This document shows, piece by piece, positions 51,403 through 60,188 of a DNA stretch of 64,000 nucleotides; position 1 is the stretch's first letter; every line of letters starts with the position of its first letter. The DNA is from Bacteroidia bacterium (lineage in GTDB: Bacteria > Bacteroidota > Bacteroidia > NS11-12g > UBA9320). The stretch spans positions 96,001 through 160,000 of the forward strand of contig CBDCFW010000003.1 in NCBI GenBank assembly GCA_965216465.1. The letters are read 5' to 3'. Below the pieces are notes generated by a model. It was not told the origin of the DNA. It ran no database searches and saw nothing but the letters and a program-made list of their open reading frames with translations. The translations under genes were made by a program, and so were the position numbers.

Positions 51403-51849
51403 TTATTGCTTCTCTACAAATTCTTTAAACTGTTTCATCCATTTCTCGCCTTGTTTGCGGTACATGCTTGGAAACAAAATTGCCATTAACCTTGGCATAA
51501 ACCAATTGATGCGCGTGTATTCAAACTCGTACTCGTAACGCGTATTGTTTTCATCGATTGGCACAAACTTGCAACGCATGAAATTATCCATGTGAATATG
51601 GTGGTATTCAGCATCGAATGATTCGGGTAGATTGTTGTTCAATATGGTTTCGGTGAGTTCTAGTTTACGCTTTCCATATTCGTAGTACATTTTTGCAACT
51701 GCTCCGGTTTGTGACACCTCACCACTCACATGGTCTTTACGAACAAAGCCATCTTGGTAGTTTCCTAAATATTGAGGATCGATAAAATACTTGACCACCT
51801 CTTCGCGGGGTTTAGCAATATCAACTGATCCGTTAAACTTCATATTCAT
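51403..51849 (-). CDS. SRPBCC (START-like) family protein
   Basis: V.IAKPREEV, ETI, FKEFVE; TATATTTG at 51857-51864. Confidence 0.8.
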   Translation of the reverse strand: MNMKFNGSVDIAKPREEVVKYFIDPQYLGNYQDGFVRKDHVSGEVSQTGAVAKMYYEYGKRKLELTETILNNNLPESFDAEYHHIHMDNFMRCKFVPIDENNTRYEYEFEYTRINWFMPRLMAILFPSMYRKQGEKWMKQFKEFVEKQ

Positions 51850-51882
51850 GGGTTAACAAATATAGGGAAGAGATTAATAAAG

Positions 51883-52359
51883 CTATTTGCTCCACACACG
51901 AATAAGATTTTCAACATTTTCAGGAGTCAATTCATTAAATCTTTTTATGATTTGCAAGGCCTGAATTATAATCATCGCTGCTCTGCCTGTTTCATATTGA
52001 TAGGTCAAAGTGTTGCCATTGGCTAGCTTCAAAGTGGCATAGTCAATGACTTTGTTCGAGATACCCTTTACATCGCCGGCCTGCACAGATTCGTGTCCAT
52101 GAATATATCCTGATTTAAGAAGCCCATTTAACTTAGAAAATAATCTGCTGGTTGTAATTACTGTAAAGTTGTTTTGGTCCGTAAATACAGAACAAACTAC
52201 CAATTCGTCTTGCAAGTCAAGCTCAGTTAAGTCAAACGGGAAGTTATTTTTATCTTCATGAATTCTTGAATGCTTATAGGTGCCCATTTTTTCAGTTGCT
52301 CTCTTAATGCTGAGAATTGCAAGCTGGTGCAAGGACATTGTAGAGTGTTCTGTTTTCAT
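51883..52359 (-). CDS. Hypothetical protein
   Basis: 158-aa ORF with plausible composition. Confidence 0.55.
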   Translation of the reverse strand: MKTEHSTMSLHQLAILSIKRATEKMGTYKHSRIHEDKNNFPFDLTELDLQDELVVCSVFTDQNNFTVITTSRLFSKLNGLLKSGYIHGHESVQAGDVKGISNKVIDYATLKLANGNTLTYQYETGRAAMIIIQALQIIKRFNELTPENVENLIRVWSK

Positions 52360-52444
52360 GAGATCTTAGGAAAGTGCAATATAATAATCCCATTCTTATA
52401 TAGCCTGAGTAGAATTGGGATTGGCTTCAGTTTTCCATCGTTGT

Positions 52445-52729
52445 ACCTGCTGAAAAAGTAAAGCTCCTATTAGTCTGCGACTGACCGCTTTTTTATATGA
52501 ATTCTAATTGAAAACGGATTACTTTCAGTGATCCGTCCTTATCCGTGTTGAAAAAGCAAAGCTCCTTCAGTCTGCGACTGTTCGCTTTTTTTTAGGTGTA
52601 TTCTAATTGAAAACGGATTACTTTCAGTGATCCATCCTTATCCGTGTTGAAAAAGCAAAGCTCCTTCAGTCTGCGACTGAATGCCTTTTTCACCCCATCT
52701 TAAACTGAAGCGAGCTTCGTTTAAGATGG
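52445..52729 (-). repeat. tRNA-Arg-linked element: CTCG-loop hairpin plus ~2.3 tandem 98-99-bp repeats
   Basis: TGAAAAAG unit markers at 52451, 52549, 52648; hairpin at 52695-52729. Confidence 0.9.
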
Positions 52730-52731
52730 CA

Positions 52732-52767
52732 TAAAAAAAAGCTCTTCCAATACTTGGAAGAGCTTTT
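52732..52767 (-). terminator. Terminator of tRNA-Arg
   Basis: Perfect inverted repeat AAAAGCTCTTCCAA-tac-TTGGAAGAGCTTTT with T-run on the minus strand. Confidence 0.85.
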
Positions 52768-52778
52768 ACTTTTATTCG

Positions 52779-52852
52779 TGACCTCGTCAGGATTCAAACC
52801 TGAGACCTCTTGAGCCGTAATCAAGTGCTCTATTCAGCTGAGCTACGAGGCC
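52779..52852 (-). tRNA. tRNA-Arg(ACG)
   Basis: GGCCTCG/CGAGGTC acceptor, anticodon arm CTTGA-TTACGGC-TCAAG, T-loop GGTTTGAATCC; TATATTTG promoter at 52863-52870. Confidence 0.96.
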
Positions 52853-52979
52853 AATGTGGGTGCAAATATAATATCACTTAGTGGATTAGAAATATAAAAT
52901 TTAAGAGATTTTGAAATGCGAATCGAACAGGGTTTCAGACCTATCTCGTATATTCGAAATCCATTTAAAGTTTTAACCA

Positions 52980-53501
52980 TTGGAGAACTCAGAAGTAAAT
53001 AAAAATCCAGCTTTTCTTGAAGAAGTATACGAGCTAACTGCTGGATTAGAAATGTTTGAAGCCCTACAACAAGGTTTAACAGACATCGATAACACCGACC
53101 TAAATCAGTTGAATAGAATAGGTCTGCGAACCTATCAAGAAGGCAAATGGACCATCAATACCATTTTTCAGCACCTTATCGATTGGGAACGCATCTGGTG
53201 TTTTCGGGCTATTCTTTTTGCACGCAAAGAAGGAACTGTTCCGGTTGCTCATGAACAAGAAATTATGGGTGCTAATTCAAATGCCAATGAACTGCCAATA
53301 GAGCAGTTGATTGAAGAGTTTCGCATTGTTCGTCAATCAACCATCATGCAGTTTAAGTCGTTCAACCAGCAGATTCTCGATACAACCTGCGAATTCTTCG
53401 AGTACGAGATGCCACTACGTGCCATTGCGTTGACGATTGCAGCACACCAAATTCATCATTTTAAAGTGATTAAGGAGCGGTATTTGCCGTTGGATAAATG
53501 A
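52980..53501 (+). CDS. DinB/DUF664-like protein
   Basis: YQEGKWTI....QHLID.ERI, AAHQIHH. Confidence 0.85.
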   Translation: MENSEVNKNPAFLEEVYELTAGLEMFEALQQGLTDIDNTDLNQLNRIGLRTYQEGKWTINTIFQHLIDWERIWCFRAILFARKEGTVPVAHEQEIMGANSNANELPIEQLIEEFRIVRQSTIMQFKSFNQQILDTTCEFFEYEMPLRAIALTIAAHQIHHFKVIKERYLPLDK

Positions 53502-53541
53502 CCTATGCCAACAGATGTTATGGTAATTGATTATTATTTTC

Positions 53542-54711
53542 TTACTTTAATCCTGCTTTTGCCAGATTAATGTAGTTATCGATTCTAAATGTTGAAGCGT
53601 CTTGGTCTTTGGCTTTAACAAAGTATTCAAGAGCTTTGTTGTATTCTTTTCTATCTAAATGAAAAATTCCTCGATTTCGTAAGGCATATGAATATTCAGG
53701 TTTTAATTGTAGAGCCTGCTTAATATCTCTTAGTCCGTCGAACTCATTACCCATTTTTAAATTAGCGTACCCTCCGTTGTTATATGCATCAACAAACGAG
53801 TCGTCTAGTTCCAATATTTGATTGAAGTAGGGCAGAGCCTCATTAAATCTTTCTAGTTCGTTCAATGTGAAGCCAATGTTGTTTAAAGCAATCGTATTCT
53901 TAGGTTCTAGTGCCAAAGCTTTATTGTAGTACTCAAGAGCTTCATTATGTTGTTCTAAATGCGAAAGTGGGAGTGCAATTCGCAAAAAGTCATCGACATA
54001 TAGCCTTTTAGTTAGCTTAAACTTGTCGTTTATTTGTCTTGCTTTTGCCCAATCTTTTAAATTGATATAGGAAGAGATAGCCATACGATAGATCTCATCT
54101 CGTTTTACCCCTTTATCAATCATTTTCTTATAAATGACCACGGCATTTTTGAAGTCTTTTTTATTGTAGAATTCTGCAGCTTTTTTGATATCTTTTGAAT
54201 ATCGTTTCAAGTAAAGCAATTTCCTGATTTGATAACCGTCATTATAAACTTCTTTTCCCGAGAATGGGGTAACGGGTTCTTCCTTTGGGCTCAAATTCTC
54301 AAATAAATCTACAATCGCCGCTCCTAAAAATACCGCTAGTGCAAATTTGATGCTCCCATGAATATCAAAGTAAAAAGCGAAATAAAAGCAGATTAGTGCT
54401 ATTATGAACGACATTAGAGGTCCAGCAAAAGTGGCGAATATCTGTTTGTTGATTGAAGTTGAGGCTGAAGGAGCACAAAGTCCTTTTGTCCAATAAATGG
54501 GATTGGCTCTAAACCAAATGTTAAGCAAACCAAGACGAAGCTTAAAGCTATTGTCTGGATCTCCGTATGAACCCAGATAAATTGTAACATTCTTTCTCGT
54601 TACAAGTATCCATGATAAAGCATGTCCAAGCTCATGGAGCAATACTGTGATAGGTCTTACTAAATAAAAGACCCCAAATATGTACAATAAGATGTATCCG
54701 AATTCTCCCAC
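53542..54711 (-). CDS. M50-family (site-2-protease-like) membrane metalloprotease fused to TPRs
   Basis: LLHELGHA, AGP, NL.P...NDG; C-terminal TPRs. Confidence 0.8.
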   Translation of the reverse strand: MGEFGYILLYIFGVFYLVRPITVLLHELGHALSWILVTRKNVTIYLGSYGDPDNSFKLRLGLLNIWFRANPIYWTKGLCAPSASTSINKQIFATFAGPLMSFIIALICFYFAFYFDIHGSIKFALAVFLGAAIVDLFENLSPKEEPVTPFSGKEVYNDGYQIRKLLYLKRYSKDIKKAAEFYNKKDFKNAVVIYKKMIDKGVKRDEIYRMAISSYINLKDWAKARQINDKFKLTKRLYVDDFLRIALPLSHLEQHNEALEYYNKALALEPKNTIALNNIGFTLNELERFNEALPYFNQILELDDSFVDAYNNGGYANLKMGNEFDGLRDIKQALQLKPEYSYALRNRGIFHLDRKEYNKALEYFVKAKDQDASTFRIDNYINLAKAGLK

Positions 54712-54720
54712 CTAATTGCT

Positions 54721-55380
54721 TCAAATTTCGATTTTTTCTCCTTTAAACTTCGGTTGCTTGTTGAATATTAAATCTAGCATGACCTTAACACGGGCAAGCT
54801 TCTCTCTTAAGTTCGTTTTAAATCCATAAAAGGCACTTTCTTGTTTTGCGTTGTACCCAACGGCGTTTATTCCCTTGCGATTTGCGATAAACACTGCACG
54901 TTCATTGTGAAACTTTTGAGAGATTACCGTAATTGATTTTTGTCCAAAAATCAACTTGCTGCGTACTACAGAATCGAGCGTTCTAAACCCAGCGTAGTCA
55001 AGTACAATTTTAGCTTCGGGAATGCCCCTTTTTAACAAGTCGTCTCGCATGGTTTCAGGCTCGTTATATTCTTTTCTGCTGTTGTCTCCGCTTATCAAAA
55101 TATAATCAATCTTTCCAGTCTTAAATAACTCAACCGCGGCATCAATTCGATATTTATAATACAAGTTCAAACGGCCATTAGATAAATACTTGGTTGTTCC
55201 TAGAAGCAAGCCTGTTTTGTTATGTGGAAGATCAACTGTAGTGTTATACATCTTTGTTTTGGTTTCTGACTTTACCATTGCATCCGAGATGAGAATGCTT
55301 ATTATGCATAACAATAAAAAGCTAAACATGTATTTACTTCTTTTTCGCTTGAAAATTCGATTTATATTGAGTTTTTTCAT
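54721..55380 (-). CDS. sanA: SanA/ElyC (DUF218) family protein
   Basis: GLLLGT, YYKYRIDAA, SGDN...YNEP, DYAGFRTLDSVVR, SQKFHNERA. Confidence 0.88.
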   Translation of the reverse strand: MKKLNINRIFKRKRSKYMFSFLLLCIISILISDAMVKSETKTKMYNTTVDLPHNKTGLLLGTTKYLSNGRLNLYYKYRIDAAVELFKTGKIDYILISGDNSRKEYNEPETMRDDLLKRGIPEAKIVLDYAGFRTLDSVVRSKLIFGQKSITVISQKFHNERAVFIANRKGINAVGYNAKQESAFYGFKTNLREKLARVKVMLDLIFNKQPKFKGEKIEI

Positions 55381-55505
55381 ATTTCAAGAGTCGCTTTTGC
55401 GATATTACGTTAATATTTTCATTCGAACGTTTGCAAGACAAAATAATCGATCGTTTTGCTTTCTCGCAGGATTAAGTTGAGATATTTTATATTCGTAAGT
55501 CTATT

Positions 55506-56399
55506 TTGAAACTACTGAAATTCGCTTCTATAGATGTGGGGTCTAATGCGGTTAGATTGCTGTTTACCAATGTGTTTGAAACACCAAACGGTCCCGTATT
55601 TAGAAAGCTTTCCCTTGTTCGAGTACCCATTCGATTGGGTGAAGATGCCTTTGTTCATGGACGTATTCGTGAAGAGAAGGCCGACCAATTGGTTCGTACC
55701 ATGCGTTCGTTTAAGCACCTGATGAATGTGCATCAAGTGTTAGACTATCGTGCCTATGCAACGAGTGCCATGCGTGAAGCTGAGAACAGCGAAGAGTTGT
55801 TAAAGTCGATTAAGGTCTTTGCCGACATCGATCTTCAAATTGTGTCAGGAGACTTGGAAGCAGAAACCATTTCAACCGAAAAAATTCCATCGCCTTTGCC
55901 ACAGTTTCCAAATGCGGTGTTTATTGACGTAGGAGGGGGGAGTACTGAAATGACCTACCTCAAAGACCATAAGAAATACGATTCAATATCTCTAAAAATT
56001 GGAACCATTCGATTGCTTCACGATACGGTTAAACCAGAACTCTGGGATGAATTCATTGAATGGTTTGATAAGCACGATCTCAAGAATTCTCATACGCCGA
56101 TCATTGGAACTGGAGGTAACATCAACAAACTGTTAAAAGTTTTGCGTGACAATCAAAACGACTACTTCATTAGAACCGAAGCCCTGAGTGATTTCAAAAA
56201 GAAGCTTGACGATGTTGATGTCGACGAAAGAATGGTTAAATTCATTCTGAATCCAGATCGTGCAGATGTAATCGTACCGGCTTCGAAGATTTTTTTAAGT
56301 GCAGCCACTCACATGGACTCTAGAGAAATTTACATCCCCAAAGTTGGACTATCAGACGGTATTGCTCGTCAGTTGTACAAGCAACATAAAAGTAAATAA
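55506..56399 (+). CDS. ppx: Exopolyphosphatase, Ppx/GppA family (short form)
   Basis: IDVGSNAVRL, ATSAMREA.N, DVGGGSTE, GTGGN, RADVI. Confidence 0.92.
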   Translation: MKLLKFASIDVGSNAVRLLFTNVFETPNGPVFRKLSLVRVPIRLGEDAFVHGRIREEKADQLVRTMRSFKHLMNVHQVLDYRAYATSAMREAENSEELLKSIKVFADIDLQIVSGDLEAETISTEKIPSPLPQFPNAVFIDVGGGSTEMTYLKDHKKYDSISLKIGTIRLLHDTVKPELWDEFIEWFDKHDLKNSHTPIIGTGGNINKLLKVLRDNQNDYFIRTEALSDFKKKLDDVDVDERMVKFILNPDRADVIVPASKIFLSAATHMDSREIYIPKVGLSDGIARQLYKQHKSK

Positions 56400-59300
56400 T
56401 TACTCTGCTTCCTCTTCTATTATTGGATCAAGATTTTCGTACTTCTCAATTGCTTTCAATTTCTCATTACACTCGTCAATGATTCCATCGGTGTAGTTCG
56501 TATAATTGTCAATAATACTTTGCAATGTCGCTTTGGCTTGGAAGTAATCTTCTTCCTTAACATAAATGTCACTTAGTAATACAAATCCTTTTACAACCCA
56601 GTATTCGTATGCTGAGAAGTCATCATTTAGTCGATATACGTCGTTACGAGCACTGTCAAGGTCGTCTTGGCTGTACAGTATAAACGCCCTGTGGTAAAGT
56701 GCTTCTGCAGTTTGAGCATTTCTACTCTCCTTAATTACATAATCGAAATGGAATTTTGCAGATCGTAAGTTACTACCTTGAAGTTGAATTCGTCCTAAGG
56801 TCATGTTGGCCTCAACCAAGTTTTCTTTAGGCACATTCTCGATAGGAAGTATTTCAATTGCCTTTTTCTTAGATCGTTCTAAGTTTCCAAGAACATAGTG
56901 ACAACGCATCTGTCCTAAGAGTGCTTTTAAATAATTAGTCTTAGTCGATGCAACAGGTTCTAGAGCTTGATAGTGTTCAAGGGCTTTAGCATGATTCTCG
57001 CGTCCGTAATAGGTAGACGATAGTTTAAGCAACGATTTCTCAGTGTATTCGTTATTGCTTTGACTTACAACGAACTGGTAATGTTTTAGTGCTTCATCTT
57101 CACGGTCGTTATAATAGTCGCATTCAGCCTTGAAATAATTAACCGGTACAATAAAGTATCCGTCATTACCAAACTTATTGATGTAGCTTTTAAACGTAGT
57201 GGTGGCACCAATGCAGTCTCCAGCACGGTAGCGGGTCATAGCACTTTCATAGATTGCACTATCTTGGTACGATACACTGACATCTGCTCCAGGTACATTT
57301 TTAACGTAATCAAAGTAGTCTTCCGGACGGCCTTGGTCGGTATAGATGATTTCGATAAACGATAATGCCTCTTTTGATGCTGTAGTCTTCGGAAAGCGCT
57401 CAACAACCGTTTTATAGTGCCTTAGTGCTATTTCGTCTTTATTCTGATTGTAGTTAATCAAACCCAGTTTGAGGTAGCTATCTGGTAAAAATTGTGATTT
57501 GTCGTACTGAGAAATAATCATACTGAAGATGTTTTCTGCCATGCTATAATTCTCAATTGCCATATACTCTCGAGCAATTTGGAAGAGTGCATCATCACGG
57601 TAAACACTCTTTGGGAAATCCTTTTGGATTAATTTCAGCGTATTAATCTTTTCGGAGTGTCTTTCTTGCAAACCATATAGCATTCCTTTTTGAAAGATGC
57701 TATAATCTGAGTTTTTATAATTCTTCTTGATAATGAAGTCGTACTCTTTTATTGCCTCATTATACATTCCTGTTAAGAAGTAACAATCGGCTAAACGTTG
57801 CGTGTTATTTAAATAGATGTCTCTATTCTCTGCAGAATATTTTTCATTCTTACTGTACTTAGCAAAGTAGTTTTGAGCACGAGCATAGTCTTTCTTCTTG
57901 AAGTAATTAAAACCCATCGAGTAATATCCATAGTTACGATTTTTTGTATCGCTTGAACTGGCATTACTAATAAAGCGATTCATGAGGTTGATGCTTTCAT
58001 CGTAGTCATTAACTTTAAAAGCAATCTCTGCCCTCCAGAAATAGGCCAAAGCTTCCAGCTTCTTGTCTTTCGGATATTTTAAAGACTTGTTAAAGAACAC
58101 ATTCGCATCTTGATATTGTTTATTCAAATACAGCTCTTCACCCCTGTGGAAGGTTAATTCTTGATAAGCAAGTTTCGTAGCGTTGTTGAGTTGGTCAATA
58201 TCTTCAAGTACTTCTATTGCGGCCTTATAGTTCTTTGTACTTAAGAATATATCAGCCATCATTGATTTAGCTTCGTCTTCGTACTCAGAATTTGGATAGT
58301 CAGACAAGAATTGCTTGATTGACTTAATGGCAACTGAATTTTTTTCAAGTTCTGCTGCAAGCTTTGCATAGTTAAAAGCAGAAACCTCAGTTATGTGCTT
58401 ATCAAAGTTCTTGCGCTTAGCCTCTGCAAATGCATTTAAAGCTCGTTCTTTTTTATCGTTTTGAACATCAGATACCCCTAAATGATAATTTGCAGCCTGA
58501 CCAATCTCGTTATCGAGGTTTGACACCATCAGAAAGTACTCGGTTGATTTTTCGTATTGCCCTGCATCGAAATATGCACTAGCAAACTGATAAATTTCAT
58601 CTGGACTTAGATCAGCTACGTCTCCTTCATACTTTTTAAAATGGGTGAGGGCTATGCTCTTATTACCCAATTGAAACTGAATTTTACCTTTTAGCAATTC
58701 AATTTCATTGGTTCTTTTTTCAATTTTTAAATCGCGGATAATTTCGAACGCTTTTTCATACTCCTCTTTTTCATAGTAGATCTGAGAAATATAAAGCTTC
58801 ATGGTACGTGGACCTTTATTTCCAATCTTTTCAAAAGTGGCAAGAGCACAGGTGTAATCTTTTAGAATATAACACTGGTAGCCGTAGTAATAGTTTGCTT
58901 CTACAGCGTACTTGCCATTGCCATTCATGATTTTGCGAAACTCATTTTTAGCCTTAGCATACTCTTCATTTTTGAAGTAACTGTATCCCTTTTTAAATGT
59001 AAGTTCTTCCCGCTGGGCCTTCGATATATCCGTTTCGTTAATATCGTCTAAATACTTAAGTGCTCGGCTGTATTTGCCTTTGTTGAAGTAGTATAATCCC
59101 AGCTCATAGTGAATTTCAGTGTTTAGTTTGTGCTCAGGTTCACTTTTAACAAATCGGGCAAGATCTCGAGAGGCATTGGCTTTATCGAGTTTTAATCTGC
59201 TAAGCCCAATATATGCTTTGGCTTCGTAAGTGAAGTTTGGACCAGGATTGGTTTTTAAAAACTTGTTGAACTCCTTCATGGCGGGTACATATTGCTTTTT

Positions 59301-59432
59301 AACATACAACATTTTAGCATGTTCAAACAAGGTGGCATGATCGGTATACTCTTTCGTACGCTGGGCTTGAGCACTAAACAAGCCGGCGAACATCAAGCTG
59401 AAAACAAGCGATAACTTTAAAATTTTGTTCAT
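56400..59432 (-). CDS. Large secreted TPR-repeat protein
   Basis: Signal peptide, >15 TPR-like repeats over 1010 aa. Confidence 0.88.
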   Translation of the reverse strand: MNKILKLSLVFSLMFAGLFSAQAQRTKEYTDHATLFEHAKMLYVKKQYVPAMKEFNKFLKTNPGPNFTYEAKAYIGLSRLKLDKANASRDLARFVKSEPEHKLNTEIHYELGLYYFNKGKYSRALKYLDDINETDISKAQREELTFKKGYSYFKNEEYAKAKNEFRKIMNGNGKYAVEANYYYGYQCYILKDYTCALATFEKIGNKGPRTMKLYISQIYYEKEEYEKAFEIIRDLKIEKRTNEIELLKGKIQFQLGNKSIALTHFKKYEGDVADLSPDEIYQFASAYFDAGQYEKSTEYFLMVSNLDNEIGQAANYHLGVSDVQNDKKERALNAFAEAKRKNFDKHITEVSAFNYAKLAAELEKNSVAIKSIKQFLSDYPNSEYEDEAKSMMADIFLSTKNYKAAIEVLEDIDQLNNATKLAYQELTFHRGEELYLNKQYQDANVFFNKSLKYPKDKKLEALAYFWRAEIAFKVNDYDESINLMNRFISNASSSDTKNRNYGYYSMGFNYFKKKDYARAQNYFAKYSKNEKYSAENRDIYLNNTQRLADCYFLTGMYNEAIKEYDFIIKKNYKNSDYSIFQKGMLYGLQERHSEKINTLKLIQKDFPKSVYRDDALFQIAREYMAIENYSMAENIFSMIISQYDKSQFLPDSYLKLGLINYNQNKDEIALRHYKTVVERFPKTTASKEALSFIEIIYTDQGRPEDYFDYVKNVPGADVSVSYQDSAIYESAMTRYRAGDCIGATTTFKSYINKFGNDGYFIVPVNYFKAECDYYNDREDEALKHYQFVVSQSNNEYTEKSLLKLSSTYYGRENHAKALEHYQALEPVASTKTNYLKALLGQMRCHYVLGNLERSKKKAIEILPIENVPKENLVEANMTLGRIQLQGSNLRSAKFHFDYVIKESRNAQTAEALYHRAFILYSQDDLDSARNDVYRLNDDFSAYEYWVVKGFVLLSDIYVKEEDYFQAKATLQSIIDNYTNYTDGIIDECNEKLKAIEKYENLDPIIEEEAE

Positions 59433-59583
59433 AGAAATGAAATACCTTTCAAAATAACTGCTTATTGATGGGGAATAGTATTCATTTTGCCCACATTTAA
59501 TTCAGTATTTACTTGTAAGATTCACGATAAATTGAATTAGATAAATATTATATAAATTTTCTTCTCCATTTTTATTCTCTAAT

Positions 59584-59591
59584 TATATTTG
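59584..59591 (+). promoter_or_regulatory. -7 promoter element for tRNA-His
   Basis: TATATTTG followed by CAGCC. Confidence 0.65.
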
Positions 59592-59662
59592 CAGCCGCTT
59601 AAAGTTAACAGGAATTCATTTGTTGAAGATTTGTAGCTTTAGGCCCTGTATTTATTACAAAT

Positions 59663-59737
59663 GGTGGTTGTAGCTCAGTTGGTTAGAGCACTGGTTTGTG
59701 GTTCCAGGGGTCGTGGGTTCGAATCCCATCTTCCACC
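59663..59737 (+). tRNA. tRNA-His(GTG) with encoded G-1
   Basis: G-GTGGTTG..TAGCTCAGTTGGTTAGAGC, anticodon loop TTGTGGT, GGTTCGAATCC, C73. Confidence 0.93.
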
Positions 59738-59742
59738 CAAAG

Positions 59743-59774
59743 AAAAAGGTCTCGCGGTAGCGAGGCCTTTTTTT
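59743..59774 (+). terminator. Terminator of tRNA-His
   Basis: AAAAAGGTCTCGC-GGTA-GCGAGGCCTTTTTTT. Confidence 0.85.
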
Positions 59775-59780
59775 ATTCAA

Positions 59781-60058
59781 CCATTTTCTGCAAGCTCGCT
59801 TGCAAGAAAATGGGGAATAAAAAAATAAGCCTTGTAAAGGCTCCTTTTTCTTTGAAGGCCCAACAGAAGATATAGGGATAAACGCAGTTAATCCTTCTTT
59901 CGCAGTTCAATTAAATTGGGAAGGGTTGCCTTGTAAAGGCTCCTTTTTCTTTGAAGGCCCAACAGAAGATATAGGGATCAACGCAGTTAATCCTTCTTTG
60001 GTAGTTCAATTAAATTGGGAAGGGTTGCCTTGTAAAGGCTCCTTTTTCTTTTGCAGGT
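59781..60058 (+). repeat. tRNA-His-linked element: CTCG-loop hairpin plus ~2.3 tandem 99-bp repeats
   Basis: GCCTTGTAAAGGCTCC at 59829, 59928, 60027; hairpin at 59781-59813. Confidence 0.9.
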
Positions 60059-60188
60059 TGAATAGATGAAATCGTGTGCTTAGTAAATGTTAGTCGTTTA
60101 ATTTACGCTTAGCAGCTTTTGTTTTTTTAACCCATTCAAAACTAATTGAGGATATAATCGACAGATTCATTTACTTTGAAGCACTATT

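Noticed and set aside
52270-52461. 63-aa + strand ORF beside the repeat
   Set aside because: Overlaps the 51883-52359 gene antisense, runs into the repeat, and has no motif
52451-52690. CRISPR array (also considered for 59829-60052)
   Set aside because: Whole ~99-bp units are repeated, there are no unique spacers, only ~2.3 copies, and no cas genes
46635-52779. Integrated prophage or ICE at tRNA-Arg
   Set aside because: No integrase or phage genes and no duplicated tRNA 3' end found by eye
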